A stretch of DNA of 44,742 nucleotides from Actinomycetes bacterium (GCA_023457615.1 JAEWKY010000268.1:1-44742), one strand, 5' to 3'. Positions 18,622 through 27,404 are shown, numbered from the stretch's first letter. Numbers and translations: made by a program. Notes: generated by a model not told the origin, from the letters alone.

Positions 18622-19941
18622 CTAGGACCGCTGCGTCTCCGCCTCGACGATCGCGATCTCGGTCGTCGCGAGCTCGCGGTCGGCGGCGGAGCGTCCGTAC
18701 TCGAGCCGCAGCGGCCAGCGCCGCCGCACGAACCGCACCTTCACCTCGCGCGACCGCACGTAGAACACGGCGGCGATGAGCGCCGACACGAAGCCCGCCA
18801 GCATCCCGACCCCGAGGGCGTAGCGCGGGCCGAGGGCGTCGGCCACGTAGCCGACGACGGGTGCGCCGAGCGGCGTGCCGCCGAGGAAGATCGCGAGGTA
18901 GAGCGCCATCACGCGTCCGCGCATCGAGGGCCGGGTGGTGGTCTGCACGTAGGCGTTCGCGGTGGTCATCATCGTGAGCGAGCAGAATCCCGTCGCGACG
19001 AGGGTCGCGCCGAACACGTGGATGTCGGGCGCGAGCGCGCCGGCGCCGAGCGAGACGCCGAAGCCGAGCCCGGCGAGCGCGATCGTGCGCAGCCGCGGAC
19101 GCTCCCGTCGCGCGGCGAGCAGCGCCCCGGCGACGGACCCGATCGCGAGCACCGAGGAGAGCACGCCGAAGACGTCGGCGTCGCGGTCGAACTCGACGCG
19201 CGCCATGGTCGCGAGGAACACCGAGAAGTTGAAGCCGAAGGTGCCCATCAGGAACACCATGACCATGACGAGCAGGATGTCCGGCCGCCGGCGCACGTAC
19301 CGGATGCCGTCGCGCAGCCCGTTGCCTCGCTTCGGCCGCGCGAAGACCTCGAACTCGCGGCGACGCAGCAGCGCGAGCGCGACGAGCACGCCGAGGAACG
19401 ACGCGGCGTTGATGAGGAACACCCAGCCCGAGCCGACGGCGGCGACGAGCAGGCCGGCCACGGCGGGGCCGATGAGCCGCGCGACGTTGAACGCCGTCGC
19501 GTTGAGCGAGACCGCGTTCGAGAGCTTCTCGGCGGGCACGAGCTCGCTCACGAAGGCCTGCCGCACCGGCGCGTCGAAGGCCGACGCGACGCCGAGGGCG
19601 CCCGCGAAGACGAACACCATCCACAGCTCCACGACGCCCGTGAGCGTCAGGATGCCGAGGCCGAGTCCCAGCGCGGCCATCGTGATCTGCGTGATGAACA
19701 GGATGGTGCGGCGGTTGAAGCGGTCGGCGACGACGCCGGTGAGCGGCACCAGCAGCAGCTGGGGCGCGAAGTTGAGCGCCATCGTGACGCCGACGGCGGT
19801 CGCGTCCTCGTCCGTGAGCTGGGTGAGCACGAGCCAGTCCTGGGCGATGCGCTGCATCCAGGCGCCGGTGTTCGACACGAGCGCGCCGCCGAACCACAGC
19901 CGGTAGTTGCGCACGCTCAGCGAGCGGAACATCGCACTCAC
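18622..19941 (-). CDS. MFS transporter (12 TM, DHA3/MFS_3-like)
   Basis: FRSLSVRNYRLWFGG, GVVADRFNRR, AFDAPVRQAFV, MRGRVMALY. GTG overlaps the MarR stop. Confidence 0.92.
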   Translation of the reverse strand: MSAMFRSLSVRNYRLWFGGALVSNTGAWMQRIAQDWLVLTQLTDEDATAVGVTMALNFAPQLLLVPLTGVVADRFNRRTILFITQITMAALGLGLGILTLTGVVELWMVFVFAGALGVASAFDAPVRQAFVSELVPAEKLSNAVSLNATAFNVARLIGPAVAGLLVAAVGSGWVFLINAASFLGVLVALALLRRREFEVFARPKRGNGLRDGIRYVRRRPDILLVMVMVFLMGTFGFNFSVFLATMARVEFDRDADVFGVLSSVLAIGSVAGALLAARRERPRLRTIALAGLGFGVSLGAGALAPDIHVFGATLVATGFCSLTMMTTANAYVQTTTRPSMRGRVMALYLAIFLGGTPLGAPVVGYVADALGPRYALGVGMLAGFVSALIAAVFYVRSREVKVRFVRRRWPLRLEYGRSAADRELATTEIAIVEAETQRS

Positions 19942-20363
19942 GGCGCGAGGAGCTTCCGCAGCAGGGGCGCCGCGGCGAGGAGCGTCGCGCGCTCGGCGGG
20001 CTCGAGCGCGTCGAGCCGCTGCGAGAACCAGGCGGCACGCAGCCGCGTCGTCTCGGCGAGGAGCGCGCGGGCCGCGGGCGTCAGCTCGACGCGCACCTTG
20101 CGGGCGTCGTCGCCCGACTTCGAGCGGGTCACGAAGCCCGACTGCTCGAGGCCGTTGAGCGTGCGGTTCATCGACGGCGGGGTGACGTGCTCGAGCGCGG
20201 CGAGCTCGCTCGGGATGAGCGGCCCGCGACCGTGGAGGTGCATGAGCACGGCGAGCTGCGTGTCGCCCATGAGGTCGTCCCCGCGGTTGTTGCGGATGCC
20301 GCGGGCGACCTGCTGCAGCACGATGCGGAGGTCGTCCTCGGCGTTCCGCTCGGCCTCCGTCAT
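19938..20363 (-). CDS. MarR family regulator
   Basis: PSELAALEHVTPPSMNRTLNGLE, DARKVRVELT. ATG at 20363 lies 6 nt after TACGCT. Confidence 0.92.
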   Translation of the reverse strand: MTEAERNAEDDLRIVLQQVARGIRNNRGDDLMGDTQLAVLMHLHGRGPLIPSELAALEHVTPPSMNRTLNGLEQSGFVTRSKSGDDARKVRVELTPAARALLAETTRLRAAWFSQRLDALEPAERATLLAAAPLLRKLLAP

Positions 20364-20380
20364 ATCGTAAGCGTAGCTCA

Positions 20381-20393
20381 TTAGCCAGGCTAA
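20381..20393. promoter_or_regulatory. putative MarR operator
   Basis: TTAGCC-A-GGCTAA palindrome between the divergent marR and hydrolase -10 elements. Confidence 0.65.
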
Positions 20394-20428
20394 CTGTCTG
20401 CGGGGCGTGCGGGTTCTACGATGAGCGC

Positions 20429-21301
20429 ATGCCGAAGTTCACCGCGACGCGCGACGATCGCACCTTCGTCGACGCCGAGGGCGTCACGATCCACTACTAC
20501 GCGTGGCAGGTGGGCAAGCCGAAGGGCGTCGTGCAGATCGTGCACGGCGTCGGCGAGTACGCGACGCGCTACGAGCACGTCGCGCAGGCGCTCGTCGACG
20601 CCGGCTACTCGGTCTACGCGGAGGACCACCGCGGGCACGGGCGCACGGGCGTGCAGCAGTGGGACGGCGACCTCGCCCAGCTCGGCCGGCTCGGGCCCGG
20701 CGGCGTGCGCGCGACGATCGCCGGCATCCGGAAGCTCGCCGGCATCGTCCGCGACGAGAATCCCGGGCTCCCGCTCGTGCTGCTCGGGCAGAGCCTCGGC
20801 TCGATCTTCGGCCAGATGATGCTCAACGACGACTCGACGCTCTACGACGCCGCGGTGCTCGCGGCCCCGGCATATCGCACCCTGCGTCACATGAACGGCG
20901 GAGATCTCGCGAAGCGGCACCGCACGCCCGGCGGTCCGGGCACCGAGTGGCTGAGCCGCGATCCCGACGTCTGGACCCGGTTCGCCGACGACCCGCTCAC
21001 GTTCGACGCGAAGGTGCTCAAGCTGTTCGGGCTGCGCGACACCCTGCGGCTGCTCGGACGTCCGCGCAGGATCGCCCACGACCTGCCGCTGCTGCTCATC
21101 CTCGGCACGGAGGACACCCTCGGCGGGCCGCGCAGCGTCGAGCTGCTCGCGGCCGCCTACCGCACGCGCGGCGGCCTCACCGACGTGACCGTGCAGAGCT
21201 ACGAGGGCGGTCGCCACGAGATGTTCCACGAGACCAACCGCGACGAGGTGCTCGCCGACCTCGTCGCCTGGCTCGACGCGAAGGTGCCTACCGCAGGATG
21301 A
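20429..21301 (+). CDS. alpha/beta hydrolase (lysophospholipase/Hydrolase_4-like)
   Basis: HGVGEY, DHRGHG, nucleophile GQSLG, GTED, RHEMFHE. Confidence 0.9.
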   Translation: MPKFTATRDDRTFVDAEGVTIHYYAWQVGKPKGVVQIVHGVGEYATRYEHVAQALVDAGYSVYAEDHRGHGRTGVQQWDGDLAQLGRLGPGGVRATIAGIRKLAGIVRDENPGLPLVLLGQSLGSIFGQMMLNDDSTLYDAAVLAAPAYRTLRHMNGGDLAKRHRTPGGPGTEWLSRDPDVWTRFADDPLTFDAKVLKLFGLRDTLRLLGRPRRIAHDLPLLLILGTEDTLGGPRSVELLAAAYRTRGGLTDVTVQSYEGGRHEMFHETNRDEVLADLVAWLDAKVPTAG

Positions 21302-23408
21302 CGAGGCGCTGCGTCGCACGCGTCATCGCGACGTACTGATCCACCGCGCCGAACTGCTCCGGGCGCACGAGCACGACGAGATCGAACTCGAGTCCCTTCG
21401 CGGTCGCCGGATCGAGCGACGACACCCGCGGCCGCGGCGCGAAGCCCGGGTCGCCGATCACGCACGCCACCCCGTCGTCGTGCGTCGACATCCACTCCTC
21501 GAGCAGCGCGTCGAGCTCGTCGACGCCGCCGTGGTGCACCGGGATGCCGGAGCTGCGGATCGAGGTCGGCACGTTCGCGTCGGGGAGGGCCGCGAGGATG
21601 ACCGGCGCCGCCTCGGCCATGACCTCCTCGGGCGTGCGGTAGTTGATCGTGAGGGCCGACTGCTCGACGTCGTCGAGGCCGATCCGCGCGAGCCGCTCGC
21701 GCCACGTCTCCGGGAAGCCCCGTCGGGCCTGCGCGCGGTCGCCGACGATCGTGAAGCTAAGGGACGGGCAGCGGCGCAGCAGCATCGCCCACTCCGCATC
21801 GGTGAGCTCCTGCGCCTCGTCGACGACGACGTGCGCGAAGGGTCCCGCGAGCGGGTCCCGGTCGAGGGTCGAGAGGCCCGCCTCGTCGATGAGGGAGTGC
21901 TGCGCGTCCTCGCCGCGCAGCATCGTCGAGAGCAGCAGCTCGCTGTCGTCGCCCGCGATGAGGTCGTCGACGACACGCTCCATCGTCGCCCGCCGGTGCG
22001 CGAGCTCGGCCTGGCGGCGCCGGGCGATGCGGGCGGCCTCGGGGTCGCCGATGCGCAGCCGCGCGGCGTCGAGCAGCGGGAGATCGGCGTCGGTCCAGGC
22101 CCGCGCCTCCTCGCGCGTGAGCGTCGCGATCTCCTCGGACGTGAGGTCGGGCGCGCACGCGCGCAGGTAGCCCGGCACGCCGAGCAGGTCGGCGGCGACC
22201 CCCACGGGATCGAGCAGCGGCCAGGACCGGTGGAAGGCCCGGCGCAGGTCGCCCGCCCGCAGGAGGGGCTCGAGCTCGTCGACATCCACCTCTCCCCCGG
22301 CGTCGGCGAGGCGGGTCGCGACGATCTCGACGAGCTCGCGCCACACCTCCTCGCGCGCCTCGTTGTGCGACGACGACGGATCGGCGATCCCGAACGCGTC
22401 GGCCCAGTCGTCGGCGGTGAGCCGCACGGGTCCCCACTCCGAGCCGAACACCGTCGCCGACTCCGGCGGCCGCTCGTACCGGCGCACCGCGGCGTCGAGC
22501 GCTCTCTCGAGCACGCCGCTCTCCTTGAGCCGCCGCGTCGCGGGGTCGGACTCGACGGCCGCCGTGGCGCCCTCGGGCACGAGGTCGCGCAGCGTGCAGG
22601 TGCGCACCCCGTCCTCCCCGAGGCTCGGCAGCACGTCGGCGACGTAGTCGAGGTAGGCGGGGCTCGGACCGACGACGAGCACGCCGCCGCGGCGCCGTCC
22701 GACGCGCGGGTCGGAGTAGAGCAGGTAGGCGGCGCGGTGCAGCGCGACGACCGTCTTGCCCGTGCCGGGACCGCCGTCGATCACGCGGGCGCCCGCCGAC
22801 CCGGCGCGGATGATCGCATCCTGGTCGGCCTGGATGGTGCCGAGCACGTCGCGCATCCGTGACGACCGGCCCGCGCCGAGGCTCGCGAGGAACGCCGACT
22901 GGTCGTCGAGCGCGGCGCGGTTCGTCAGGCCGTCCTCGGTGAAGACCTCGTCCCAGTAGTCGGTGACGCGTCCGCCGGTCCAGCGGTAGCGGCGGCGGCT
23001 CGCGAGACCCATCGGCTGCGCGTGGGTCGCGCCGAAGAACGGTTCGGCGGCGGGGGCGCGCCAGTCGATGAGCAGCTGATCTCCGGACGCGTCGGAGAGC
23101 CCGAGCCGTCCGATGTAGAGGGTCGCGCCGTCGGCGGCCACCATCCTGCCGAGCGTGAGGTCGACCCCGTAGCGGCGCAGCATCCCGAGCCGGGCGGTGA
23201 CGCGGTGGATCTCCTGGTCGCGGTCGCTGCGCTCCTGCCCCTCGCCGTCGCCGTCGTCGAGCAGCAGCGTCTCGTCGCGGCGCGCCTCGAGATCGGCGAT
23301 CGCGCGCGCGAGGGTCTCGGCGATGCGCGTGAAATGCCGCTCGTCGGCATCGATGAGCGCCGGATCGCGCTTCGCGGCGAGGCGCTCGGACAGGTCGAAG
23401 AGTGGCAC
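21288..23408 (-). CDS. helR: RNA polymerase recycling motor ATPase HelR (HelD family, rifamycin resistance)
   Basis: LLIDWRAPAAEPFFGAT, RRRYRW, DYWDEVF, LDDQSAF, TIQADQD, Walker A GGPGTGKT, VVDEAQE, KGLEFD, YVAMTRAT. RAE directly upstream. GTG at 23408 chosen as start. Confidence 0.92.
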   Translation of the reverse strand: MPLFDLSERLAAKRDPALIDADERHFTRIAETLARAIADLEARRDETLLLDDGDGEGQERSDRDQEIHRVTARLGMLRRYGVDLTLGRMVAADGATLYIGRLGLSDASGDQLLIDWRAPAAEPFFGATHAQPMGLASRRRYRWTGGRVTDYWDEVFTEDGLTNRAALDDQSAFLASLGAGRSSRMRDVLGTIQADQDAIIRAGSAGARVIDGGPGTGKTVVALHRAAYLLYSDPRVGRRRGGVLVVGPSPAYLDYVADVLPSLGEDGVRTCTLRDLVPEGATAAVESDPATRRLKESGVLERALDAAVRRYERPPESATVFGSEWGPVRLTADDWADAFGIADPSSSHNEAREEVWRELVEIVATRLADAGGEVDVDELEPLLRAGDLRRAFHRSWPLLDPVGVAADLLGVPGYLRACAPDLTSEEIATLTREEARAWTDADLPLLDAARLRIGDPEAARIARRRQAELAHRRATMERVVDDLIAGDDSELLLSTMLRGEDAQHSLIDEAGLSTLDRDPLAGPFAHVVVDEAQELTDAEWAMLLRRCPSLSFTIVGDRAQARRGFPETWRERLARIGLDDVEQSALTINYRTPEEVMAEAAPVILAALPDANVPTSIRSSGIPVHHGGVDELDALLEEWMSTHDDGVACVIGDPGFAPRPRVSSLDPATAKGLEFDLVVLVRPEQFGAVDQYVAMTRATQRLVILR

Positions 23409-23433
23409 GAGGGTCGATCCTGCCCCATCCCCG

Positions 23434-23452
23434 GGGCCTTGCGGCAAGCCGG
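23434..23452. promoter_or_regulatory. rifamycin-associated element (RAE)
   Basis: GGGCCTTGCGGCAAGCCGG: 19-bp imperfect inverted repeat with CTTGC-G-GCAAG core, 25 bp upstream of helR. Confidence 0.88.
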
Positions 23453-23475
23453 GGGTCGGCGCATACTCTTAGATG

Positions 23476-23503
23476 GAGGGAGCGGAATCCGCCCCTCTTT
23501 TTT
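23476..23503 (+). terminator. intrinsic terminator/attenuator between the RAE and lplA
   Basis: GAGGG-A-GCGG-AAT-CCGC-CCCTC followed by T6 (23498-23503). T-runs of this length are rare in this window. Confidence 0.75.
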
Positions 23504-23525
23504 GATGCCCGCGAGGTGAGTCAGC

Positions 23526-24575
23526 ATGCACGGAGAGTTCAAGGTCCCGGGCGGCAAGCTCGTCGTCGTCGACCTCGACGTGCGCGACGGCCGGCTCGCC
23601 GACGTGCGGCTCTCGGGCGACTTCTTCCTCGAGCCCGACGACGCCCTGCCGCTCATCGACGCGGCCCTCACCGGGCTCCCCGTCGCCTCCGACGCGGCGA
23701 CGATCGCCGCCGCCGTCACCGCGACGCTCCCCGAGGGCGCCGTGCTGCTCGGCTTCTCGGCGGAGGCCGTCGCGACCGCCGTGCGCCGGGCGCTCCAGCA
23801 CGCCACGTCGTGGAGCGACTACGCGTGGGAGCTCGTGCGTCCGGGGCCGCTCGAGCCGCTGATGCACCTCGCGCTCGACCAGGTGCTCGCCGAAGAGGTC
23901 GGCGAGGGCCGCCGCGCCCCCACGCTGCGCTTCTGGGAGTGGGCCTCGCCCGCCGTCGTCATCGGATCGTTCCAGTCGGTGAAGAACGAGGTGGATGCCG
24001 ACAACGCCGCGCGCTACGGCTTCCCCGTCGTGCGCCGCATCTCCGGCGGCGGAGCCATGTTCATCGAGCCGCCCGGCGCGGTGACGTATTCGATCTACGC
24101 CCCGGCCGACCTCGTGCAGGGGATGACCTTCGCCGACTCGTACGCCTTCCTCGACGAGTGGGCCGTGCAGGCCCTGCAGAGCCTCGGCATCGACGCCGCC
24201 TACGTGCCGCTCAACGACATCGCGTCGCCGACCGGCAAGATCGGCGGCGCGGCGCAGAAGCGTCTCGGCAACGGCGGGGTGCTGCACCACGTCACGATGG
24301 CGTACGACATGGACGGCGCGCGCATGGCCGAGGTGCTGCGCATCGGGCGCGAGAAGCTCAGCGACAAGGGCACGAAGTCGGCCGCGAAGCGCGTCGACCC
24401 GCTGCGCTCGCAGACCGGGCTCGCACGCGACGAGATCATCGAGCGGATGATCGCGACCTTCCGCGCGGCGCACGGCCTCGCCGACGGCGCCCTCACGGAC
24501 TTCGAGATCGCGCGGGCGCACGAGCTCGTCGCGTCGAAGTTCGGCACCGACGAGTGGCTCCACCGGGTGCCCTGA
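23526..24575 (+). CDS. lplA: lipoate-protein ligase A, circularly permuted actinobacterial type
   Basis: N-terminal accessory domain MHGEFKVPGGKLV..GDFF, then catalytic VVRRISGGGAM, ND, KIGGAAQ. SD GAGGTG. Confidence 0.9.
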   Translation: MHGEFKVPGGKLVVVDLDVRDGRLADVRLSGDFFLEPDDALPLIDAALTGLPVASDAATIAAAVTATLPEGAVLLGFSAEAVATAVRRALQHATSWSDYAWELVRPGPLEPLMHLALDQVLAEEVGEGRRAPTLRFWEWASPAVVIGSFQSVKNEVDADNAARYGFPVVRRISGGGAMFIEPPGAVTYSIYAPADLVQGMTFADSYAFLDEWAVQALQSLGIDAAYVPLNDIASPTGKIGGAAQKRLGNGGVLHHVTMAYDMDGARMAEVLRIGREKLSDKGTKSAAKRVDPLRSQTGLARDEIIERMIATFRAAHGLADGALTDFEIARAHELVASKFGTDEWLHRVP

Positions 24576-24579
24576 CACC

Positions 24580-25608
24580 GTGCGCAAGCTGATCGTCGGC
24601 CTCGCCCTGGCCGCACTCCTCGTGGCGGGCATGCTGCTGTCGGCGCTGCTCGGCCAGCTCCCCGTGTCCCCGTCGGAGGTCGTCGGCTCGCTGCTGCGGG
24701 CGATCTGGATCCCGAACCCGTGGGCGCCCGACGACACCGTGGTCGAGTCGTCGCTGTGGGTCGTGCGGTTCCCGCGCATCGTCATGGCGCTCGTCGTCGG
24801 CGCCGCCCTCGCCACCGCGGGGGCGGTCATGCAGGCGATCTTCGGCAACCCGCTCGCCGAGCCCGGCGTCGTCGGCGTCTCGTCGGGCGCGGCGCTCGGC
24901 GCGGCGATCGCGATCTCGCTCGGGCTCACGGCCCTCGGCGACTACGGCATCGCGGTGCTCGCGTTCCTCGGCGGACTCGGCGCGACGCTGCTCGTGTACG
25001 TCGTCTCCCGCGCGAACGGCCGCACCGAGGTCGTCACCCTCCTCCTCACCGGCATCGCCGTCAACGCCTTCGCCGGCGCCGGCCTCGCCTTCGTGCTCTT
25101 CTCGACGAGCACCGCGAACCGCGAGCAGATCGTCTTCTGGCAGCTCGGGTCGCTCAACGGCTCCCTGTGGCGGGAGGTGGGCATCGTCGCGGCGGTCGCC
25201 GTCGCGGGGGTGATCGTCGCCGTCGTGCTCGGTCCGCGCTACGACCTCCTCGCCCTCGGGGAGCGGAACGCCCGCCACCTCGGCCTCGACGTCGAGCGCC
25301 TCCGCCTCGTGTCGATCGTCGTCGTCGCGCTCCTCACCGGCGTCGCGGTCGCGTTCGTCGGCATCATCGCGTTCGTCGGACTCGTCGTGCCGCACGTCGT
25401 GCGCATGCTCCTCGGCCCGCGGCACCGGTCGCTCATCGTCTTCTCGGCCTTCGGCGGCGCCGTGCTCATGCTCGCCGCCGACCTCCTCGCGCGCACGATC
25501 GTCGCCGGGGCGGAGCTCCCGATCGGGATGCTCACCTCCCTCGTCGGCGGACCGTTCTTCTTCTTCCTGCTCTGGCGCCAGCGTCGCCGGTCCGGAGGCT
25601 GGGCATGA
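24580..25608 (+). CDS. hmuU: FecCD-family heme/iron ABC permease (HmuU-like)
   Basis: RFPRIV, MQAIFGNPLAEPG, GERNARHLG, IAFVGLVVPH, DLLART, GGPFF. Confidence 0.85.
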   Translation: MRKLIVGLALAALLVAGMLLSALLGQLPVSPSEVVGSLLRAIWIPNPWAPDDTVVESSLWVVRFPRIVMALVVGAALATAGAVMQAIFGNPLAEPGVVGVSSGAALGAAIAISLGLTALGDYGIAVLAFLGGLGATLLVYVVSRANGRTEVVTLLLTGIAVNAFAGAGLAFVLFSTSTANREQIVFWQLGSLNGSLWREVGIVAAVAVAGVIVAVVLGPRYDLLALGERNARHLGLDVERLRLVSIVVVALLTGVAVAFVGIIAFVGLVVPHVVRMLLGPRHRSLIVFSAFGGAVLMLAADLLARTIVAGAELPIGMLTSLVGGPFFFFLLWRQRRRSGGWA

Positions 25609-26381
25609 CCGGCCCCACCGCCGCCGCGCTCTCCGCGCGCTCCGTCACCGTCGAGCTCGACGGCCGCCCCGTGCTGCGCGACGTCTCGCTCGACATCGTG
25701 CCGGGCGAGGTGCTCGCCCTCGTCGGGCCCAACGGCGCCGGCAAGTCGACGCTCCTGTCGGTGCTGTCGGGCGAGCGCGCCCCGTCGGCGGGGCTCGTCA
25801 CGCTCGACGACCGCGCGCTCGACACGTTCTCCGCGCTCGAGCTCGCGCAGCGCCGCGCCGTGCTCACGCAGGACAACTCGCTCGCGTTCCCGTTCCGCGT
25901 CATCGAGGTCATCCAGATGGGGCGCGCGCCGTGGACGCGCTCCGCCGAGCTCGCCGACGACGCGCGCGCGGTGTCCGCGGCGGCTGCCGCGGCGGACGTC
26001 GAACACCTCTCCGGTCGTCGCTTCACCGAGCTGTCCGGTGGGGAGCGGGCGCGCGTCTCCCTCGCCCGGGTGCTGGCGCAGGACACCGGCATCGTCTTCC
26101 TCGACGAGCCGACGGCGGCGCTCGACCTGCGCCATCAGGAGGACGTGCTGCGCCTCGCCCGGTCGCTCGCGGCATCCGGGCACGCCGTCGTGATGGTCGT
26201 GCACGACCTGTCGCTCGCGGGGGCCGTCGCCGACCGGGTCGCGCTGCTCTCGCGGGGGGTCCTCGTCGCGGTCGGTCCGCCGGCCGCGGTGCTGACGGCG
26301 GCGTCGATCTCGGAGGTCTACGGCCTCGCGGTGCGCGTGATCGACCTCGACGGTCGCCCGCACGTCGTGCCCGCGCGCTGA
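25605..26381 (+). CDS. hmuV: heme ABC transporter ATP-binding protein (HmuV-like)
   Basis: ATG overlaps the permease stop. GPNGAGKS, LSGGERARVSLARVLAQ, LDEPTAALD, HDL. Confidence 0.87.
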   Translation: MTGPTAAALSARSVTVELDGRPVLRDVSLDIVPGEVLALVGPNGAGKSTLLSVLSGERAPSAGLVTLDDRALDTFSALELAQRRAVLTQDNSLAFPFRVIEVIQMGRAPWTRSAELADDARAVSAAAAAADVEHLSGRRFTELSGGERARVSLARVLAQDTGIVFLDEPTAALDLRHQEDVLRLARSLAASGHAVVMVVHDLSLAGAVADRVALLSRGVLVAVGPPAAVLTAASISEVYGLAVRVIDLDGRPHVVPAR

Positions 26382-26432
26382 CTCCCGCCCGTCGGGGGAG
26401 TCGTCGACGGGAGCGGCGCGTATCCTGGCCCG

Positions 26433-26729
26433 GTGGAACTGGGATGGGTGTGGTGGGTCGCCGTCCCGGTCGTGATCGTCGCCGTGTGCGTCCTCGGTCA
26501 GCTCGCGGGGTTCCTGGACTTCCGCGGAACCGGGAGGGACGGCGCCCGCAGCGCGGGAAACCTGCTCGCCCCGATCGACGGGCTCTTCGCGCCGACCCGG
26601 CAGGAGGCGCTGCAGGAGCAGGAGCGGCAGACCGAGCTGCCCGCCCCGGCGCCGACACCGGGTGACCCGGTCGTCGACCTCGACCGCGGGATCGCCCGCC
26701 TCGATCTCACCCCGAAGGAGACGCCGTGA
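26433..26729 (+). CDS. small single-TM hypothetical protein (possibly DUF6191-like)
   Basis: GTG lies 6 nt after TATCCT. N-terminal TM, then DGLFAPTRQEA..ERQ..PAPAP.PGD. Confidence 0.7.
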   Translation: MELGWVWWVAVPVVIVAVCVLGQLAGFLDFRGTGRDGARSAGNLLAPIDGLFAPTRQEALQEQERQTELPAPAPTPGDPVVDLDRGIARLDLTPKETP

Positions 26730-27046
26730 CCCCTCGTCGCAACCCGTTCCTCGTCGCGCTCGTGGTGGTGGGAGTCGTCAGCGCACTCCTCTCGTTCGTG
26801 CTCGCGAGCATCGCGGGCGGCCCGTCGACCGAGCTCCTCCTCGCCGCCGGCGCGAGCGCCTGGGCCGGCATCCTGCTGCAGGTCGCGATCTTCGCGATCC
26901 TCGGCGCGCTCGTCGCGGCCGCGATCACCTGGCGCCCCTCGCCGCGGCCCGAGGAGGCCGTCGCCGAGCGCCCGACGCCGCGCCGCGCCGATGTCGACAC
27001 GACGGGGATGACGCCGGGAGAGCAGCGGTTCTTCAGCGAGTCGTGA
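26726..27046 (+). CDS. small 2-TM hypothetical protein
   Basis: GTGA overlap with the upstream gene. Two hydrophobic helices. Confidence 0.65.
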   Translation: MTPRRNPFLVALVVVGVVSALLSFVLASIAGGPSTELLLAAGASAWAGILLQVAIFAILGALVAAAITWRPSPRPEEAVAERPTPRRADVDTTGMTPGEQRFFSES

Positions 27047-27326
27047 GGTCGTCGAACTCGCGGTGCTCCGCGAGGTAGCGCTTCACGAACGGGCAGGTCG
27101 CGCCGATGCGGGCATCCGTCTCGACCCGCAGCGACGTGAGCGCGCCGTTCACGAGCTGCGAGCCGAGGCCGCGCTCCTGCACCTCGGGGTCGATCTCGGT
27201 GTGCGTGAAGACGATGCCGCCGTCCTCGCGCCTCTCGTAGAGGGCCTCGCCGATCTGCCGGTCGCCGCGGCGCAGCACGAAACGGGAGCCCTCGTGGTCG
27301 TGGGAGACGATGTCGGTGTCAGCCAT
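27033..27326 (-). CDS. small GNAT N-acetyltransferase (YjdJ/Acetyltransf_CG-like)
   Basis: FTHTEIDP, RGLGSQLV, TCPFV. ATG lies 6 nt after TAGCGT. Confidence 0.88.
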   Translation of the reverse strand: MADTDIVSHDHEGSRFVLRRGDRQIGEALYERREDGGIVFTHTEIDPEVQERGLGSQLVNGALTSLRVETDARIGATCPFVKRYLAEHREFDDLTTR

Positions 27327-27404
27327 CCTCCGACGCTAGCGGCGCTCCCCGGCAGTGCGCTGGGTCCCGAGGTCCCGCGCGGTGCGCGGCACGACCCGCG
27401 GTGA

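Noticed and set aside
23473..23505. 10-codon micro-ORF MEGAESAPLF over the RAE-linked hairpin as a leader peptide
   Set aside because: Its ATG is only 3 nt from the TACTCT -10, probably upstream of the TSS, and it has no SD. It cannot be fully excluded without TSS data.
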